DNA of 36,797 nt, taken from a virus (taxonomy: Duplodnaviria > Caudoviricetes). Numbering within the stretch: position 1 is the first letter of the stretch; each line of letters opens with the position of its first letter. The stretch covers positions 1-36,797 of IMG/VR virus record IMGVR_UViG_3300012987_000004; one strand, 5' to 3'. The position numbers and the translations under genes are program-made. Shown here in pieces: positions 1 through 10,543 of the stretch. The notes beneath the pieces were generated by a model that saw only the letters and a program-made list of their open reading frames with translations, ran no database searches and was not told where the DNA came from.

Positions 1-123
1 AGTCATGGCTGAAAATGGACGGCATTACCGCAGATAATGAGAATATACAAAGCATCATTGATGCAGGTATAGAATGGATAGAGCGCATTTGTGCTATTTC
101 TATCCAGGCATATACCGTTACCG
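1..123. repeat. Terminal direct repeat copy 1 (identical to 36675-36797); assembly overlap of a circular or circularly permuted genome
   Basis: agtcatggctgaaaatggac...tataccgttaccg is identical at both ends, and an ORF reads through the join. Confidence 0.97.
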
Positions 124-452
124 CTACGGTAGAAATACATAATAGAATTGAATTGCCTTATGGGCCGGTGACGGAGATTATTTCAATAAATGATGTTCCA
201 TTTGCAGATGTGAAAGGATGCCGGATTATAGGGCCATCAATTGGGTTTCCACGACTTGCCGGTTATGGCCTATTTATAGTGGTTTACAAGACCGGGTATA
301 ACCCCATTCCGCCAGGGATATTTTTGGCATTGAAGGAATACATTTCCTGGTGCTATGAACACCGGGGGGATAATTACGATGAAAATGACAGCGATTTCTG
401 TTTAGTAGCCAAACGACAATTATCCACCTTTAGAAGAAATATAGGTGTATGA
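1..452 (+). CDS. 3' part of head-tail connector protein (gp6-like)
   Basis: IELPYGPV, YKTGY and WCYEHRG motifs; located between capsid and head-closure genes. Confidence 0.8.
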   Translation, partial: SWLKMDGITADNENIQSIIDAGIEWIERICAISIQAYTVTATVEIHNRIELPYGPVTEIISINDVPFADVKGCRIIGPSIGFPRLAGYGLFIVVYKTGYNPIPPGIFLALKEYISWCYEHRGDNYDENDSDFCLVAKRQLSTFRRNIGV

Positions 453-781
453 TAGGCAAAATGAGAGACAGAATATTAGTGCAGGAAAATATTCGTATCC
501 CGGTTCCAGGGGCCGGTGGTATTTCCTCCTGGCAAACAGTATTGGATGTGTGGGCGAATGTAAAGCCACTGAGCAGTCGGGGTACATTGCAGGACAATCA
601 ATCTACAATGAAGAACGCGAAAACATTCACTATACGGTTCATCGACGGAATGAATTTGACGCCAGAAATGAGGGTATTGCATGAAGGTGCGATCTATACT
701 ATCAATAGCGATGTAAATGTGAATGAACGTGATAGGTTTATACAGTTTAATGCTTATGCAAATGGATTCCCGGTAAGCTAA
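449..781 (+). CDS. Head closure / head-tail adaptor (SPP1 gp16-like); ends FPVS
   Basis: IGKMRDRI, VWANVKPLS, FTIRF and MRVLHEGAIYTI motifs; synteny. Confidence 0.85.
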   Translation: MIGKMRDRILVQENIRIPVPGAGGISSWQTVLDVWANVKPLSSRGTLQDNQSTMKNAKTFTIRFIDGMNLTPEMRVLHEGAIYTINSDVNVNERDRFIQFNAYANGFPVS

Positions 782-1314
782 TGGCAATAAGCATACAAAT
801 ACGAGGGTTTGATCAGTTATTAGCCACCTTTGACAACTTAGAAGAGGCTTTGGTCGTGGATATAGACAATGCCTGTCGTGCTAAGGTATATGATATAAAT
901 GCAGATGCATCTACTTTCATTCAGGGGGCCGCATTGGATAATGGAGAGCTTTTACAGTCACAACAGGTAATTGAAGACCCACACAATAGATCATATTCAG
1001 CCGTAAATACGGCGCCGTATGCGGGATACGTGCATTTTGGAACTGGTCAAAAAGTAGAGATTCCGCAGGGATGGCAAGACGTTGCCGCTGAATGGAAAGG
1101 AAAGAAAGGAGGCACTTTTTCAGAATTTGTACAAAGAATGCGCGAATGGTTAGGACGACATGGCGGAAATCCAGATAAAGCCTACATTGTATGCGTTTCA
1201 ATTTTAACAAATGGATTGGAAGCCAGGCCATTTCTTTCGGTTCCATTTCAAAAAGGAGTTTCAGAATTAACGAAAGAAGTTAACGACATTGTAAAGAGCG
1301 CTTTAAGATCATGA
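781..1314 (+). CDS. HK97 gp10-like tail completion / neck protein
   Basis: DNGELLQS, APYAGYVHFGTG and ARPFLSVP motifs. Confidence 0.8.
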   Translation: MAISIQIRGFDQLLATFDNLEEALVVDIDNACRAKVYDINADASTFIQGAALDNGELLQSQQVIEDPHNRSYSAVNTAPYAGYVHFGTGQKVEIPQGWQDVAAEWKGKKGGTFSEFVQRMREWLGRHGGNPDKAYIVCVSILTNGLEARPFLSVPFQKGVSELTKEVNDIVKSALRS

Positions 1315-1763
1315 GAGATGCTTCAAAGGATATACGGGTTTTCAGTGCTTTGGCATTATCTAATATCAATGTAACAGATGATTTAGGGAATGCGTACAAT
1401 GTCCCTGTTTATGATGGAAAGGCACCTACTGGTGCGCCATTCCCAAGGATTATACTGGGAGGCATTTCTTCACCATCTGGAAATGTCCGCTTTAGTAAAT
1501 GTGCTTTTGGGGGCGTGTGGTCACAGACGATAAAAGCCAGTATGTTCTACCAGGGAGATGTAACAAAAAATTTGGTGGATGATATTAGCAATGAAATCAG
1601 TGAATTGCTTTGTCCATTGCTGCCTCCTTATATTAGTTTGAGTCCAGATTTCAATGTCTTTAAGGTTGATGTAATCATGGGGCCTCACTTGGAATATACC
1701 GATGAAATCGGAAACTATATAGATAAAAACATAACTATAAATTATTCAATAACACAAAACTAG
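1311..1763 (+). CDS. Tail terminator-like protein
   Basis: VPVYDGKAPTGAPFPRIILG motif; lies immediately before the tail tube gene. Confidence 0.7.
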   Translation: MRDASKDIRVFSALALSNINVTDDLGNAYNVPVYDGKAPTGAPFPRIILGGISSPSGNVRFSKCAFGGVWSQTIKASMFYQGDVTKNLVDDISNEISELLCPLLPPYISLSPDFNVFKVDVIMGPHLEYTDEIGNYIDKNITINYSITQN

Positions 1764-1767
1764 TATC

Positions 1768-2211
1768 ATGGCAAACGAACCTGTTAACGGGTCAGACATT
1801 ATCTTACAATATGATACCACAAATGGCGTCGGAGTCGCTGACTGGAACCTCGTTGCCTGTGGTACTGAAAGCGGTATTGATGGAACTGTAGAAACGATTG
1901 ACGCGACCAGCAAATGCGGGCCAGCTCAGTTACCCGGTACGCTGACAGAAACCTATAATTTCACTGGGTTCATGGCTAAGAATCCGGCAGCTGATACGGT
2001 AAGCATTAATGAAATGCGTGCCATCTTCAAAGCTAAAACCATTGGTCACTGGCGCTCATTTGACCAGGAAACCGCAGGCGCAACGTATTATCGTGAATTC
2101 TTTGGCGCTATTACCACATTCAATGAAACGACGAATCAGAATGAGGCTGTAGGGTTCAACCTAGTAATCTCAATTACCGGCAATACGGTGGATGTGCTGC
2201 CAGTAAGCTAA
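1768..2211 (+). CDS. Major tail (tube) protein; ends LPVS
   Basis: PVNGSDIIL, ETIDATSKCG and beta-rich C-terminus typical of TP901-1-like tube proteins; precedes chaperone and tape measure. Confidence 0.85.
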   Translation: MANEPVNGSDIILQYDTTNGVGVADWNLVACGTESGIDGTVETIDATSKCGPAQLPGTLTETYNFTGFMAKNPAADTVSINEMRAIFKAKTIGHWRSFDQETAGATYYREFFGAITTFNETTNQNEAVGFNLVISITGNTVDVLPVS

Positions 2212-2231
2212 TAATAAAATACACACACTAT

Positions 2232-2555
2232 ATGTTATACAAAATAGGAGGTTATACTCTTCAATTAGATTGGGGTGCTTTTTGTATCGCTGCTGCCGCT
2301 ACCGGCAACGATGCTGTAGCGCCATTGAAAGATATTCCCACGTCTGACGCTTATGCAGTGATTTTATATGCAGGTGTTGAAAGAAAAGCTGAGGCTGATG
2401 GCGTTGCCCCTTCGCTGACACTGCAACAGGCGAAAGAAATTCTGAGGTCATTTCGGCCCGTGTGGATTTCAAAATTGGATGCCGCCTGGCAAGAAGTGAC
2501 GACAATTGACATCGATGAGGACGTGGAAATAAGTGAGGATGCAAAAAAAAAGTAA
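2232..2555 (+). CDS. Tail assembly chaperone (G-like)
   Basis: Between tube and tape measure; ends in slippery A AAA AAG just before the stop. Confidence 0.8.
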   Translation: MLYKIGGYTLQLDWGAFCIAAAATGNDAVAPLKDIPTSDAYAVILYAGVERKAEADGVAPSLTLQQAKEILRSFRPVWISKLDAAWQEVTTIDIDEDVEISEDAKKK

Positions 2556-2923
2556 TCACTTTTAAGCAAATTCAACGGTTTGCATTAGGTGAACTAGGCT
2601 TAAAGCCCTGGGAGTTTAAAGCAATGACTGCGAATGAATATGCTTTATGCTACCGGGGCTATTTTTTAAGGCATGCCAGGAATCAGGAACCGATCAGGGA
2701 GCTTTATAGGCTTATCTGGAATTTGGCGCCCACATCGCCAAGTGACAAGATTAGGTCAAATGCCGGATTAGCCAGACATTGGCCCTTGTTAACTGATCCT
2801 AAAGGATTGCTTGTTTTGGAGGCAGCCACTATTAAGGAACGATTGGAGCGTGCATTGGAATTAACGAGAAAAATGAAAAACAAATCGAGTGGCAACACAG
2901 ACGCTGGGTATCAATATAACTAG
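2546..2923 (+). CDS. Tail assembly chaperone -1 frameshift extension (GT-like); slippery heptamer at 2546-2552
   Basis: The -1 frame from 2552 reads VITFKQIQRFALGELGLKPWEFKAMTANEY into ORF 2624..2923; LGLxPxEFxxMT is typical of these extensions. Confidence 0.8.
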   Translation, partial: KKVITFKQIQRFALGELGLKPWEFKAMTANEYALCYRGYFLRHARNQEPIRELYRLIWNLAPTSPSDKIRSNAGLARHWPLLTDPKGLLVLEAATIKERLERALELTRKMKNKSSGNTDAGYQYN

Positions 2924-4943
2924 TAATGTTTCCGGAGCACTTCCGGGGATTAATCGCGCTACAAATGCATTAGAAGGGCTAAATACTGAGGCCCATAATG
3001 CTGCAAGTGGACTCGATGATGCCCGTAATGGCCTTGGAAGATTTGGCTCTGGATTGGGGGGTATAAACTCATCTATAGGCAATCTTTCCAGTGGCATAGC
3101 TGCATTGGGGGCAACACTGGGCGTTGGATTTTCTACTAAAGCTCTCATTGAGTTTGGCGTCCAAATAACCAGTGTTGCCGGCAAATATGAAAAGTTTACA
3201 TCAATACTCGAAAATACAATAGGCCAGGAAGCCGCTGCCAGAACGTTTGCGCAAATCACTCAATATGCTTCTAAAACGCCATATCAGGTAGATGAGATCA
3301 CATCCAGCTTTATCAAGCTCGTTAATAGAGGGTTCAAGCCTACTACCCAGCAATTAACCCAAATAGGTGATTTAGCAGCATCACAGGGTAAGTCATTCGA
3401 TCAATTGACCGAAGCGATTCTTGATGCCCAAACCGGGGAATTTGAGCGCCTGAAAGAGTTTGGCATTATCGCCAAACAAAGTAATGATGGTGTAACACTT
3501 TCTTTTAAAGATCAGACAGTTACCGTTGAGAAGAATACAACCGCTGTTAGGAATGCTATCCTTTCATTTGGTGATCTGAATGGGGTGGCGGGAGCAACGG
3601 CAAAGGTTTCAGAAACATTAGAAGGCAAAATTAGCAACCTGGGAGACAGTTGGGAGCAATTTCAAGCCCAATTGGGTAAAAATCTATTGCCGGCGACAAA
3701 AGCAACTATCAATGAATTAACTGATGGTCTTGATGGATTAACCCGCGCATTACGAGGCTTCGGCGAAGGCGCCAGGGATACACGTATCCAAGATAGTATC
3801 AATAAGACTTTCAATGAAACCTTGAATGGTCTTAATGCTGCATCTGTAAAGGGAACGGAGGCCGAAAAAAAATATAGACTTGAACTCGCCAAATTACAAG
3901 ACGATTTCTATAATAAGGAAATTGACGCACAAAATCGTGCAGTAAATGCACGGGGTAAAATACAAAAAGAGCAAGCGCAAGATCAGGCGCGGGCCTTTTC
4001 TGGTTCTATAAAAGCGATCCAGGATGCGATAACAGAATTTGAAAAACAGCGGGATGCTGCCAATAAGGGACTAAGCTTTGGAGCTTCTTCTAAAACTACT
4101 AAAACGCTTTCAGATGCTTTAAAAGAATTGAATGCGGATTTGTTGGCATTGGATGTCCAATTTGCAGCAACCGGAGGAAGCTTGGATAAGCTGAGTCAGG
4201 ATAAAATAAAAACAATCTCCAATGCATTAAAAGAGCTATCTACATTTGGTGTTCTTCCGGGTACTGCATTATTTGCCGATTTGCAACAGCAAATAAAGAC
4301 GCTGCAATCTACCTTGCAGAGCACGCCGGTAACGCTAAATATCCCAATTGCTATTAATCCTTTGCCCGCCGCCAAAAACACAGCCGCAATACAGGGAATT
4401 GCCGCAGGATTGAATGATGATTTTAGCCGGGCATTTAAAACTGCAAATGATAAAGCCATTTCCCAAATATTAGAAGCCGGAACCGAGAATGGTATTGAGG
4501 CTATTTCGTCCGGGATTGGAAAAGCATTATCCGGCGGAGGACTCACTTCGGTATTTGACGCTTTTATTAATGGTATTGCGAGCCTTGGAGAGAGTCTTGG
4601 AAAGCAATTAATCACTACTGGCGTTGCTATAGAGGCATTTAAAACCTCTCTTTCTACCTTGCAGGGATTTGGAGCTATCGCAGCTGGTGCGGCTTTGATT
4701 GCGGCCTCAGCCGCTTTCCGTAGCCTGGCAAAAGGCGGCGTAGCTTCCTTCGCTACGGGCGGCGGTGTGATTGGTGGCCCTCAGTTGGCGGTAATTGGGG
4801 ATAACCCTGGCCGCGAAGAATATGTAATACCTTCTGAAGTATTGGATAAAATGGGAACCGGATATGGTGAAATAGGTATGAGATTGACAGTAAACGAATT
4901 TTTAATATGGCTGGATAGGGGGCGGCGTAATTTAAATGGCTAA
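2889..4943 (+). CDS. Tape measure protein (684 aa, GTG start)
   Basis: Ala/Gly-rich helical protein with YASKTPY, ERLKEFGI, SNLGDSW and FATGG...AVIGDNPG motifs. Confidence 0.93.
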   Translation: MATQTLGINITSNVSGALPGINRATNALEGLNTEAHNAASGLDDARNGLGRFGSGLGGINSSIGNLSSGIAALGATLGVGFSTKALIEFGVQITSVAGKYEKFTSILENTIGQEAAARTFAQITQYASKTPYQVDEITSSFIKLVNRGFKPTTQQLTQIGDLAASQGKSFDQLTEAILDAQTGEFERLKEFGIIAKQSNDGVTLSFKDQTVTVEKNTTAVRNAILSFGDLNGVAGATAKVSETLEGKISNLGDSWEQFQAQLGKNLLPATKATINELTDGLDGLTRALRGFGEGARDTRIQDSINKTFNETLNGLNAASVKGTEAEKKYRLELAKLQDDFYNKEIDAQNRAVNARGKIQKEQAQDQARAFSGSIKAIQDAITEFEKQRDAANKGLSFGASSKTTKTLSDALKELNADLLALDVQFAATGGSLDKLSQDKIKTISNALKELSTFGVLPGTALFADLQQQIKTLQSTLQSTPVTLNIPIAINPLPAAKNTAAIQGIAAGLNDDFSRAFKTANDKAISQILEAGTENGIEAISSGIGKALSGGGLTSVFDAFINGIASLGESLGKQLITTGVAIEAFKTSLSTLQGFGAIAAGAALIAASAAFRSLAKGGVASFATGGGVIGGPQLAVIGDNPGREEYVIPSEVLDKMGTGYGEIGMRLTVNEFLIWLDRGRRNLNG

Positions 4944-6861
4944 TTATCCAGTACAATACAGAATGACCTTCCAAGATGCAAAATTATTGCCATGGAGGAT
5001 AGATTTGTGCCTGAAAGATGGGCCGGCATTGGCAGAGCCAATTAGTATTATGGGCAGCTCAACACCGCTTATAATAGACAGGCAAAACAATGATGAGACT
5101 AAATTCGCGCCTATTATACAGTCTCAGGTGACTATTCAATATACCATTCGTCCAGATAATTTGACCGATCCGGTGCCCGAAACTTTCATATTGATTGAAA
5201 GCGATACCTGGCTCGTTAATGTATATAGAAATGAAATAATATATTGGAAAGGATTTGTTAATCCTGGAAAAAAAAATTATCCGTGGATACCACCGCCGTA
5301 TTCATTTTCGTTGGTGGCATCAGATTTTAGTTTTGCCAAGAGTACATCCATCGATTTGAATGATCCAGTCTTGTTTTTGTATGATTACATTTCTTTGGGA
5401 AGCTTTTTCAAAAGAACCTTATTTCATTCAGTAGGATATGATGACGTGAAACTAAATATCATTTATTCCCATCAGCCGGGTAGCATCGGTGCAGATGAAA
5501 TAGCCGATGGATTGTACTTGCATACAGACGCCTTTTATGATTTCAGTAAGGGGGCCAATACTGCATATGATGCAATAGAGAAAATAGTGAAAAGTATGGG
5601 CGCGCGTATCTTCCATGATCAAGGAGTCTATTGGCTGCAATTTATTGAAGATATAGGCAATTCGGCGGTAAATATCATACAAATTACACCGGATGATATT
5701 ATCGGTCAGATAATACCAAATGAAGGAACTACAGCCATATTAGGTAGCGTTGCCGGCGATCAAATTGTCTACAAAGACCTTTCACAGGAGATCAATATTC
5801 AACAACCTTTAAAATCTCAGCTGTTTGATTACAATCTTAAAGTAATCAATAAGATACCGAATTTTGATTGGCGCACGAATACTCAAAGCCCATTTGATGA
5901 CTGGGAAGGAGATGTAACAGGATTTTATCAACGCGTTGGAACTGGATCACTACAAGACCAGTTTAGATTGCACATTGATGACTTTACCTCACCAGGCGCA
6001 CGTTCCATATGGAGCAGGATACCCGTACAGGTAAATCAACGTGTGAGCATTACCATGAAGGCGCGATCGTTCTTGACATTGGGATCACCATCAAGCGATA
6101 ATTTTGAGGTATTTGTCAATGCAATAGTAATGCTCGTGAAGGCCGGAACTCTTGGCGGATTGGAGCGCAAATTCCTATCCCCTTCTGGCTCATGGGAGAG
6201 TTTTGGTGATTTAGACGCAGATTCATATTATCATATCTCATCGCGGCCCAATTCAGATGATATTGGCACTATTGAAATATTAAGCAATCCAATTCCGTCA
6301 TTGCCAGGAGTGACTGATTATGAAATATTATATATAATATTGGATACAGGGATCAATATTCCGCCACCGGGAGGGTCTACGTACTATTCAGAATTGTATC
6401 CGGTATTTATGGGGATTTATAATAATCCATTCATAAAATATGAGGAAACGATATCTACTACAGCGAGATATTCGTTGACCGCAGACGATGATGAATTGTT
6501 TTTAATAGATACACAAGACCCGGCGTATAGCAATAATTTCTATATAAAAGAAGACAGTGGCGCCCATTTTCCATTGCCATTTAAGGACTGGGGAGGGGAA
6601 AATATAGATGAGATAGTAGTGAAGCAATACGCAGATGAACAGCCATCACCGGCAATTGCTGTAATGGGTAGTTTTTACGGTAATATGCTCAACTTTTCTC
6701 AGGGAGTATTATTGCGTGATAGGGGGATGCTACTAACGATACAAATCAGAGACAAGTATAATGTGCGTGCTTGCACACATGATTTAATGCTCACAGAATT
6801 GTTTGAAGCAGGTGCCGCAAATGCAAACTATATTGTAAGGCCACTAACAAAAGACGATTGA
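4936..6861 (+). CDS. Tail tip / hub structural protein (putative)
   Basis: 641 aa, beta-rich, directly after tape measure; no diagnostic motif. Confidence 0.6.
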   Translation: MANYPVQYRMTFQDAKLLPWRIDLCLKDGPALAEPISIMGSSTPLIIDRQNNDETKFAPIIQSQVTIQYTIRPDNLTDPVPETFILIESDTWLVNVYRNEIIYWKGFVNPGKKNYPWIPPPYSFSLVASDFSFAKSTSIDLNDPVLFLYDYISLGSFFKRTLFHSVGYDDVKLNIIYSHQPGSIGADEIADGLYLHTDAFYDFSKGANTAYDAIEKIVKSMGARIFHDQGVYWLQFIEDIGNSAVNIIQITPDDIIGQIIPNEGTTAILGSVAGDQIVYKDLSQEINIQQPLKSQLFDYNLKVINKIPNFDWRTNTQSPFDDWEGDVTGFYQRVGTGSLQDQFRLHIDDFTSPGARSIWSRIPVQVNQRVSITMKARSFLTLGSPSSDNFEVFVNAIVMLVKAGTLGGLERKFLSPSGSWESFGDLDADSYYHISSRPNSDDIGTIEILSNPIPSLPGVTDYEILYIILDTGINIPPPGGSTYYSELYPVFMGIYNNPFIKYEETISTTARYSLTADDDELFLIDTQDPAYSNNFYIKEDSGAHFPLPFKDWGGENIDEIVVKQYADEQPSPAIAVMGSFYGNMLNFSQGVLLRDRGMLLTIQIRDKYNVRACTHDLMLTELFEAGAANANYIVRPLTKDD

Positions 6862-6862
6862 T

Positions 6863-7621
6863 ATGAATATAATAAAAGGGGCTGATTTCATGTTTTACCT
6901 TACAGTAGACGGCACAAAAAAGGTGCTTTGTCATGCTACTGATTTTTCTTTGGTGACAACTACTGAAGAGGTGGAAATTACCGGCCCCGGCTCCGGAGCA
7001 TGGCGTCAATTCATTCCAGGATTGAATAGTTATACATTGTCAGTGCCCGGGGCAATTGCTTTTACGGATGAAATGAATGCAGTTCAATTAGGAGATATTC
7101 AAAATTCAAGACAGATAATTGAATGGACGGCTGGCATGTCGCCAGATGGAGGATTGCAATATCATGGATTCATGTTCATCACCAGCCTGACAATTAATTC
7201 ACAGGTAAGGGATGCAATGCGGTTTGACATGTCGGCCAGGGGAACAGGGCCAGAAGATATATTAAAACTGCCAATAACAAAATCGGTATATCTGGCGAAT
7301 AGACAAAATCTAAGATTGCCTGGATGTCCGAATCCATACCCAGTAGGTGTATTATGGTATGATGGCACTTTAATCGGGCCTGCCTCAAATGCAAATGACG
7401 TAATCACTCTTTTCAATAATTATTCCATCACGCAGGGAGGATTTTTAACATTGTTGACATTTACATCCGGCTGTGATTTTACAATGCAAATTGCATGGAA
7501 TAGTCCATTAAATCCCGATGTTGTATATGCTACAGAATCAGGCGCCTTTGCATTAAGGGGAACAATGGATGGTGAGGCAATAGGTGGAGCAGATAATACT
7601 AACGAAGTAATAAGCGCATAA
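6863..7621 (+). CDS. Tail-tube-like domain protein with C-terminal extension
   Basis: N-terminal ~130 aa (IIKGADFMFY...TEEVEIT...WRQFIPGLNSYTLS...GTGP) resemble the TP901-1-type tube fold. Confidence 0.65.
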   Translation: MNIIKGADFMFYLTVDGTKKVLCHATDFSLVTTTEEVEITGPGSGAWRQFIPGLNSYTLSVPGAIAFTDEMNAVQLGDIQNSRQIIEWTAGMSPDGGLQYHGFMFITSLTINSQVRDAMRFDMSARGTGPEDILKLPITKSVYLANRQNLRLPGCPNPYPVGVLWYDGTLIGPASNANDVITLFNNYSITQGGFLTLLTFTSGCDFTMQIAWNSPLNPDVVYATESGAFALRGTMDGEAIGGADNTNEVISA

Positions 7622-7622
7622 T

Positions 7623-8885
7623 ATGCCCGAGGATATAGTAGAAATAATACCCATTATAAATTTGCCGGCCATTTCCGGCGCTTCTTTGACAACGAAGATA
7701 CCAATGGCTAATGCAGGTGATCCGAATAGCAAAAACGGAGACATTCAGCTATTAGCTACTATTATCAGTGAACAAATAGGAAGCGTAACGGTACCTGATC
7801 CATTTTTTTACCGAGTAGATGGCCCCGAATCAACCGACCCTCCGAGTGCGGGCGGCAATAGGAATTGCCCTGATCCGGCATTGAATGGCTTAGATTATTC
7901 GATATCAAAATGGGGAGTGGGGCCTATTCGTAAAGGTATTGAATGGCAAAACGATATCGTGGGCGGAGGATGGCGGCTACTCGATGAAGATTTCCTCCCT
8001 GGTGAAATGTTTGTGGTAATTCCCAAGCCGGAGGTCAGCAATATATTGGCTGCACCGGATGCAATTGCCAGGTTCGTTTCCGGATTTGCATTTTATCCGG
8101 CCGATGGCACTATTGGTATTGGGGATTATCGTAAGGCCATTGTGATTAATGGAGCCAAAAATATCACATTGCCTTTATGTAGCTCATATCCGGCAAATGT
8201 GGCACTTTTTCTTTTTACCTCAGAAGGGCCACAGCGACAAACAAAAATATCACGTGCTGGTTCTAATACGATCTATTCGCAATCCGGTACTGTCACCAGT
8301 TTCTATTTAAGCAATAGGGAATTTGCCGTATTAATCACGGATGGGGTGAAGTGGTATATTCAATCTTGTTCAGACATGGTATTCAAACAGCCCTATACTT
8401 CTTTTGGATGGCTACAAGGGATTAATCAATTCCTTTTAGATGGCACTACCTATAACCGGGCTGATTATCCCAAAGTATATGATTTTATCGTCCAATTGGC
8501 AGCTGCAAACCCTTCTGCTGTAGTAGACGGCGGAACATGGAATACTAATAGGACACTGTGGAGTACCGGCAATGGGACGACGACATTCATTGTACCTGAT
8601 TTTAGAGGACAGTTTGTACGGTCGCTTAACCTGACTAAATCACCGTCTCTTGACCAGGATAGAACGGATGCGGGAACAGCAAGTTTGCAAGGAAGTCCAG
8701 AAGTTTCCGCAGTAGAAGCACACACACATGGATTAGATGCTAGATTATTAACTGAAGGTGTCCCAGGCGCAGGGCCGGGGGGGCCGACACCAGGTAGTTC
8801 CGGTATTATACCATCTACTTCTAGTTATGGCGGAACCGAAACGCGGCCTATTAATGTCGGATTACCAATATTCTTTAATTATTAA
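7623..8885 (+). CDS. Tail fibre protein with tail-collar-like domain
   Basis: LLDGTTYNRADYP, GNGTTTFIVPDFRGQFVR, HTH and GGTETRPINV motifs. Confidence 0.85.
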   Translation: MPEDIVEIIPIINLPAISGASLTTKIPMANAGDPNSKNGDIQLLATIISEQIGSVTVPDPFFYRVDGPESTDPPSAGGNRNCPDPALNGLDYSISKWGVGPIRKGIEWQNDIVGGGWRLLDEDFLPGEMFVVIPKPEVSNILAAPDAIARFVSGFAFYPADGTIGIGDYRKAIVINGAKNITLPLCSSYPANVALFLFTSEGPQRQTKISRAGSNTIYSQSGTVTSFYLSNREFAVLITDGVKWYIQSCSDMVFKQPYTSFGWLQGINQFLLDGTTYNRADYPKVYDFIVQLAAANPSAVVDGGTWNTNRTLWSTGNGTTTFIVPDFRGQFVRSLNLTKSPSLDQDRTDAGTASLQGSPEVSAVEAHTHGLDARLLTEGVPGAGPGGPTPGSSGIIPSTSSYGGTETRPINVGLPIFFNY

Positions 8886-8887
8886 TT

Positions 8888-9535
8888 ATGATTGAAACCG
8901 TTGTTTCTGGTGTAAATATAACGCAACTGAATGGCCCATTTGAATTACCTATATGGGATGGTTCAGATGGCTTACGGGAGGGACAATTCGCATATGATGC
9001 TACCGGCGCCGTAGAGCCATTGGCAGGGCCAGGCACAATCTGGTGGGATGGTGCGGCATGGCATAGAACGGGTAGTACTGATGAAGTGCCGAACTTGCAG
9101 CAGGTCACAGATGAAGGCGCGATCACCTCTAACAGCATGGCAGTGCGGATAACTGGTGCCGACGGCCCCGTTGCCGACTTGGAGGTATCAGCCAATAGTG
9201 GAGCCGCACTGATTATGATACGGGCCGCCAGGGAGTCCGGAACCGATTTCGCTTTTATTCAAATGGCCGGAACCCGGGCGCAAATCGCCATATCCAACAA
9301 TGTGCCAGTGGAATTTGTTAATGGCACGGCGGCAGTTTTATTGACCATACTTGCGGATGGCTCCGGCACTGTTGATAGGAATGGGGTCAAAAGAGTATCA
9401 GGTACTGGCAATCCGGAAGGAGTAATAGCCGCGATGCCCGGATCAACTTGGAGCCGAATTGACGGCAATCCAGGTGAGACATTATATGTAAAGCAATCTG
9501 GTAATAGTACCACCGGATGGGCACCTATTGGATAA
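8888..9535 (+). CDS. Tail fibre / receptor-binding-like protein
   Basis: NLQQVTDEG and C-terminal GTGNPEGVIAAMPGS...LYVKQSG...TGW motifs seen in phage fibre proteins. Confidence 0.6.
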   Translation: MIETVVSGVNITQLNGPFELPIWDGSDGLREGQFAYDATGAVEPLAGPGTIWWDGAAWHRTGSTDEVPNLQQVTDEGAITSNSMAVRITGADGPVADLEVSANSGAALIMIRAARESGTDFAFIQMAGTRAQIAISNNVPVEFVNGTAAVLLTILADGSGTVDRNGVKRVSGTGNPEGVIAAMPGSTWSRIDGNPGETLYVKQSGNSTTGWAPIG

Positions 9536-9547
9536 AACACACACTAT

Positions 9548-10534
9548 ATGATGAAGTTTTTAAATTTCAAGCTGCTGATAATCAGCGTATCACTTTTTTC
9601 ACCTTTTTCACTTTTAGCACAATCGCCTACGTTTACCAAGCAGGCGAATATGAATCCCAATAGAATATATGCAGATTCTACGGCGAGAATGCCCGTACTG
9701 AATACTGATCGTACATTTGCTACTAATAAGGATAGTATTGGACAATTCTGGATGCGTACAGATTCCGTGAAAATGTTTGCTCGCTTTCCGGGGAATATTA
9801 TTAAGGCCATAGCGACAGAAGATAGCCTCCGGTCAGTGCTGAATAATAGTATCCGTAATCAATTTTTCTTTACGCAGCCGGCCAATTTTAATATAAATGG
9901 CATAGGCGCCGCCGCCAGGATAAATATCGTAAATGCAGACAATGCTGCCTTTCAACGATATGTTGCAATGGGCAGGGATGCTATTGATACTACCAAGCAA
10001 ATATGGTCGCTGGGTATTAGTGGGGTGCCAGGCGGGGGGCCAATTCATGCGGGGGGCACTTTTATTTTAAGATCATACAATACTTCCGGCGCTTTCTTAT
10101 CAAATGCGTTTACAATTGGCCGTACAGGAAATGCTACGATTGCAGGCTCTTTGAATACTGGCAATACGATTACCTCAGCTGCTGGTATTATAGCTGGGGG
10201 ATCGCTTCAGGCTGCTACAGGATTATCTACGGCAGGAGCCATATTGCAAAATACCACTACTACCGTTACGGGAGACTATACGGTATTAGCGTCTGACCTA
10301 TACATAAATGTAAACAACAGCGCTAACTGTACGATTACGCTGTTTGCGCCTGTGGCCACTACAGGAGGCCAGGGCCGTTTGTGCCATGTAAAGAAGATAA
10401 GTAATAATGCCGCAACCGTTACGGTCGTTGTTTCGGGAGGTGCTAATATAGATGATGGTGGATCTGTGGTAATTAGTTCTTATAAGGACGCATTGACATT
10501 TCATGATGATGGAACCAATTATTGGATATATTAA
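9548..10534 (+). CDS. Signal-peptide-bearing, fibre-like beta protein
   Basis: Sec-type N-terminus ending SLLA-Q; C-terminal YTVLASD...ITL...VKKI...DGTNYWI module. Confidence 0.55.
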   Translation: MMKFLNFKLLIISVSLFSPFSLLAQSPTFTKQANMNPNRIYADSTARMPVLNTDRTFATNKDSIGQFWMRTDSVKMFARFPGNIIKAIATEDSLRSVLNNSIRNQFFFTQPANFNINGIGAAARINIVNADNAAFQRYVAMGRDAIDTTKQIWSLGISGVPGGGPIHAGGTFILRSYNTSGAFLSNAFTIGRTGNATIAGSLNTGNTITSAAGIIAGGSLQAATGLSTAGAILQNTTTTVTGDYTVLASDLYINVNNSANCTITLFAPVATTGGQGRLCHVKKISNNAATVTVVVSGGANIDDGGSVVISSYKDALTFHDDGTNYWIY

Positions 10535-10543
10535 ATAAATTAT

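Noticed and set aside
1-123. 123-bp terminal repeat as a biological DTR or att site
   Set aside because: It falls mid-gene and the ORF reads through the join, so it is best explained as assembler overlap.
2546-2555. Tail chaperone -1 frameshift as a novelty
   Set aside because: It is well supported but a widely known feature of long-tailed phages, so it is listed as a feature only.
7623-10534. Diversity-generating retroelement or invertible tail-fibre cassette
   Set aside because: No reverse transcriptase, no TR/VR repeat pair and no invertase were seen.
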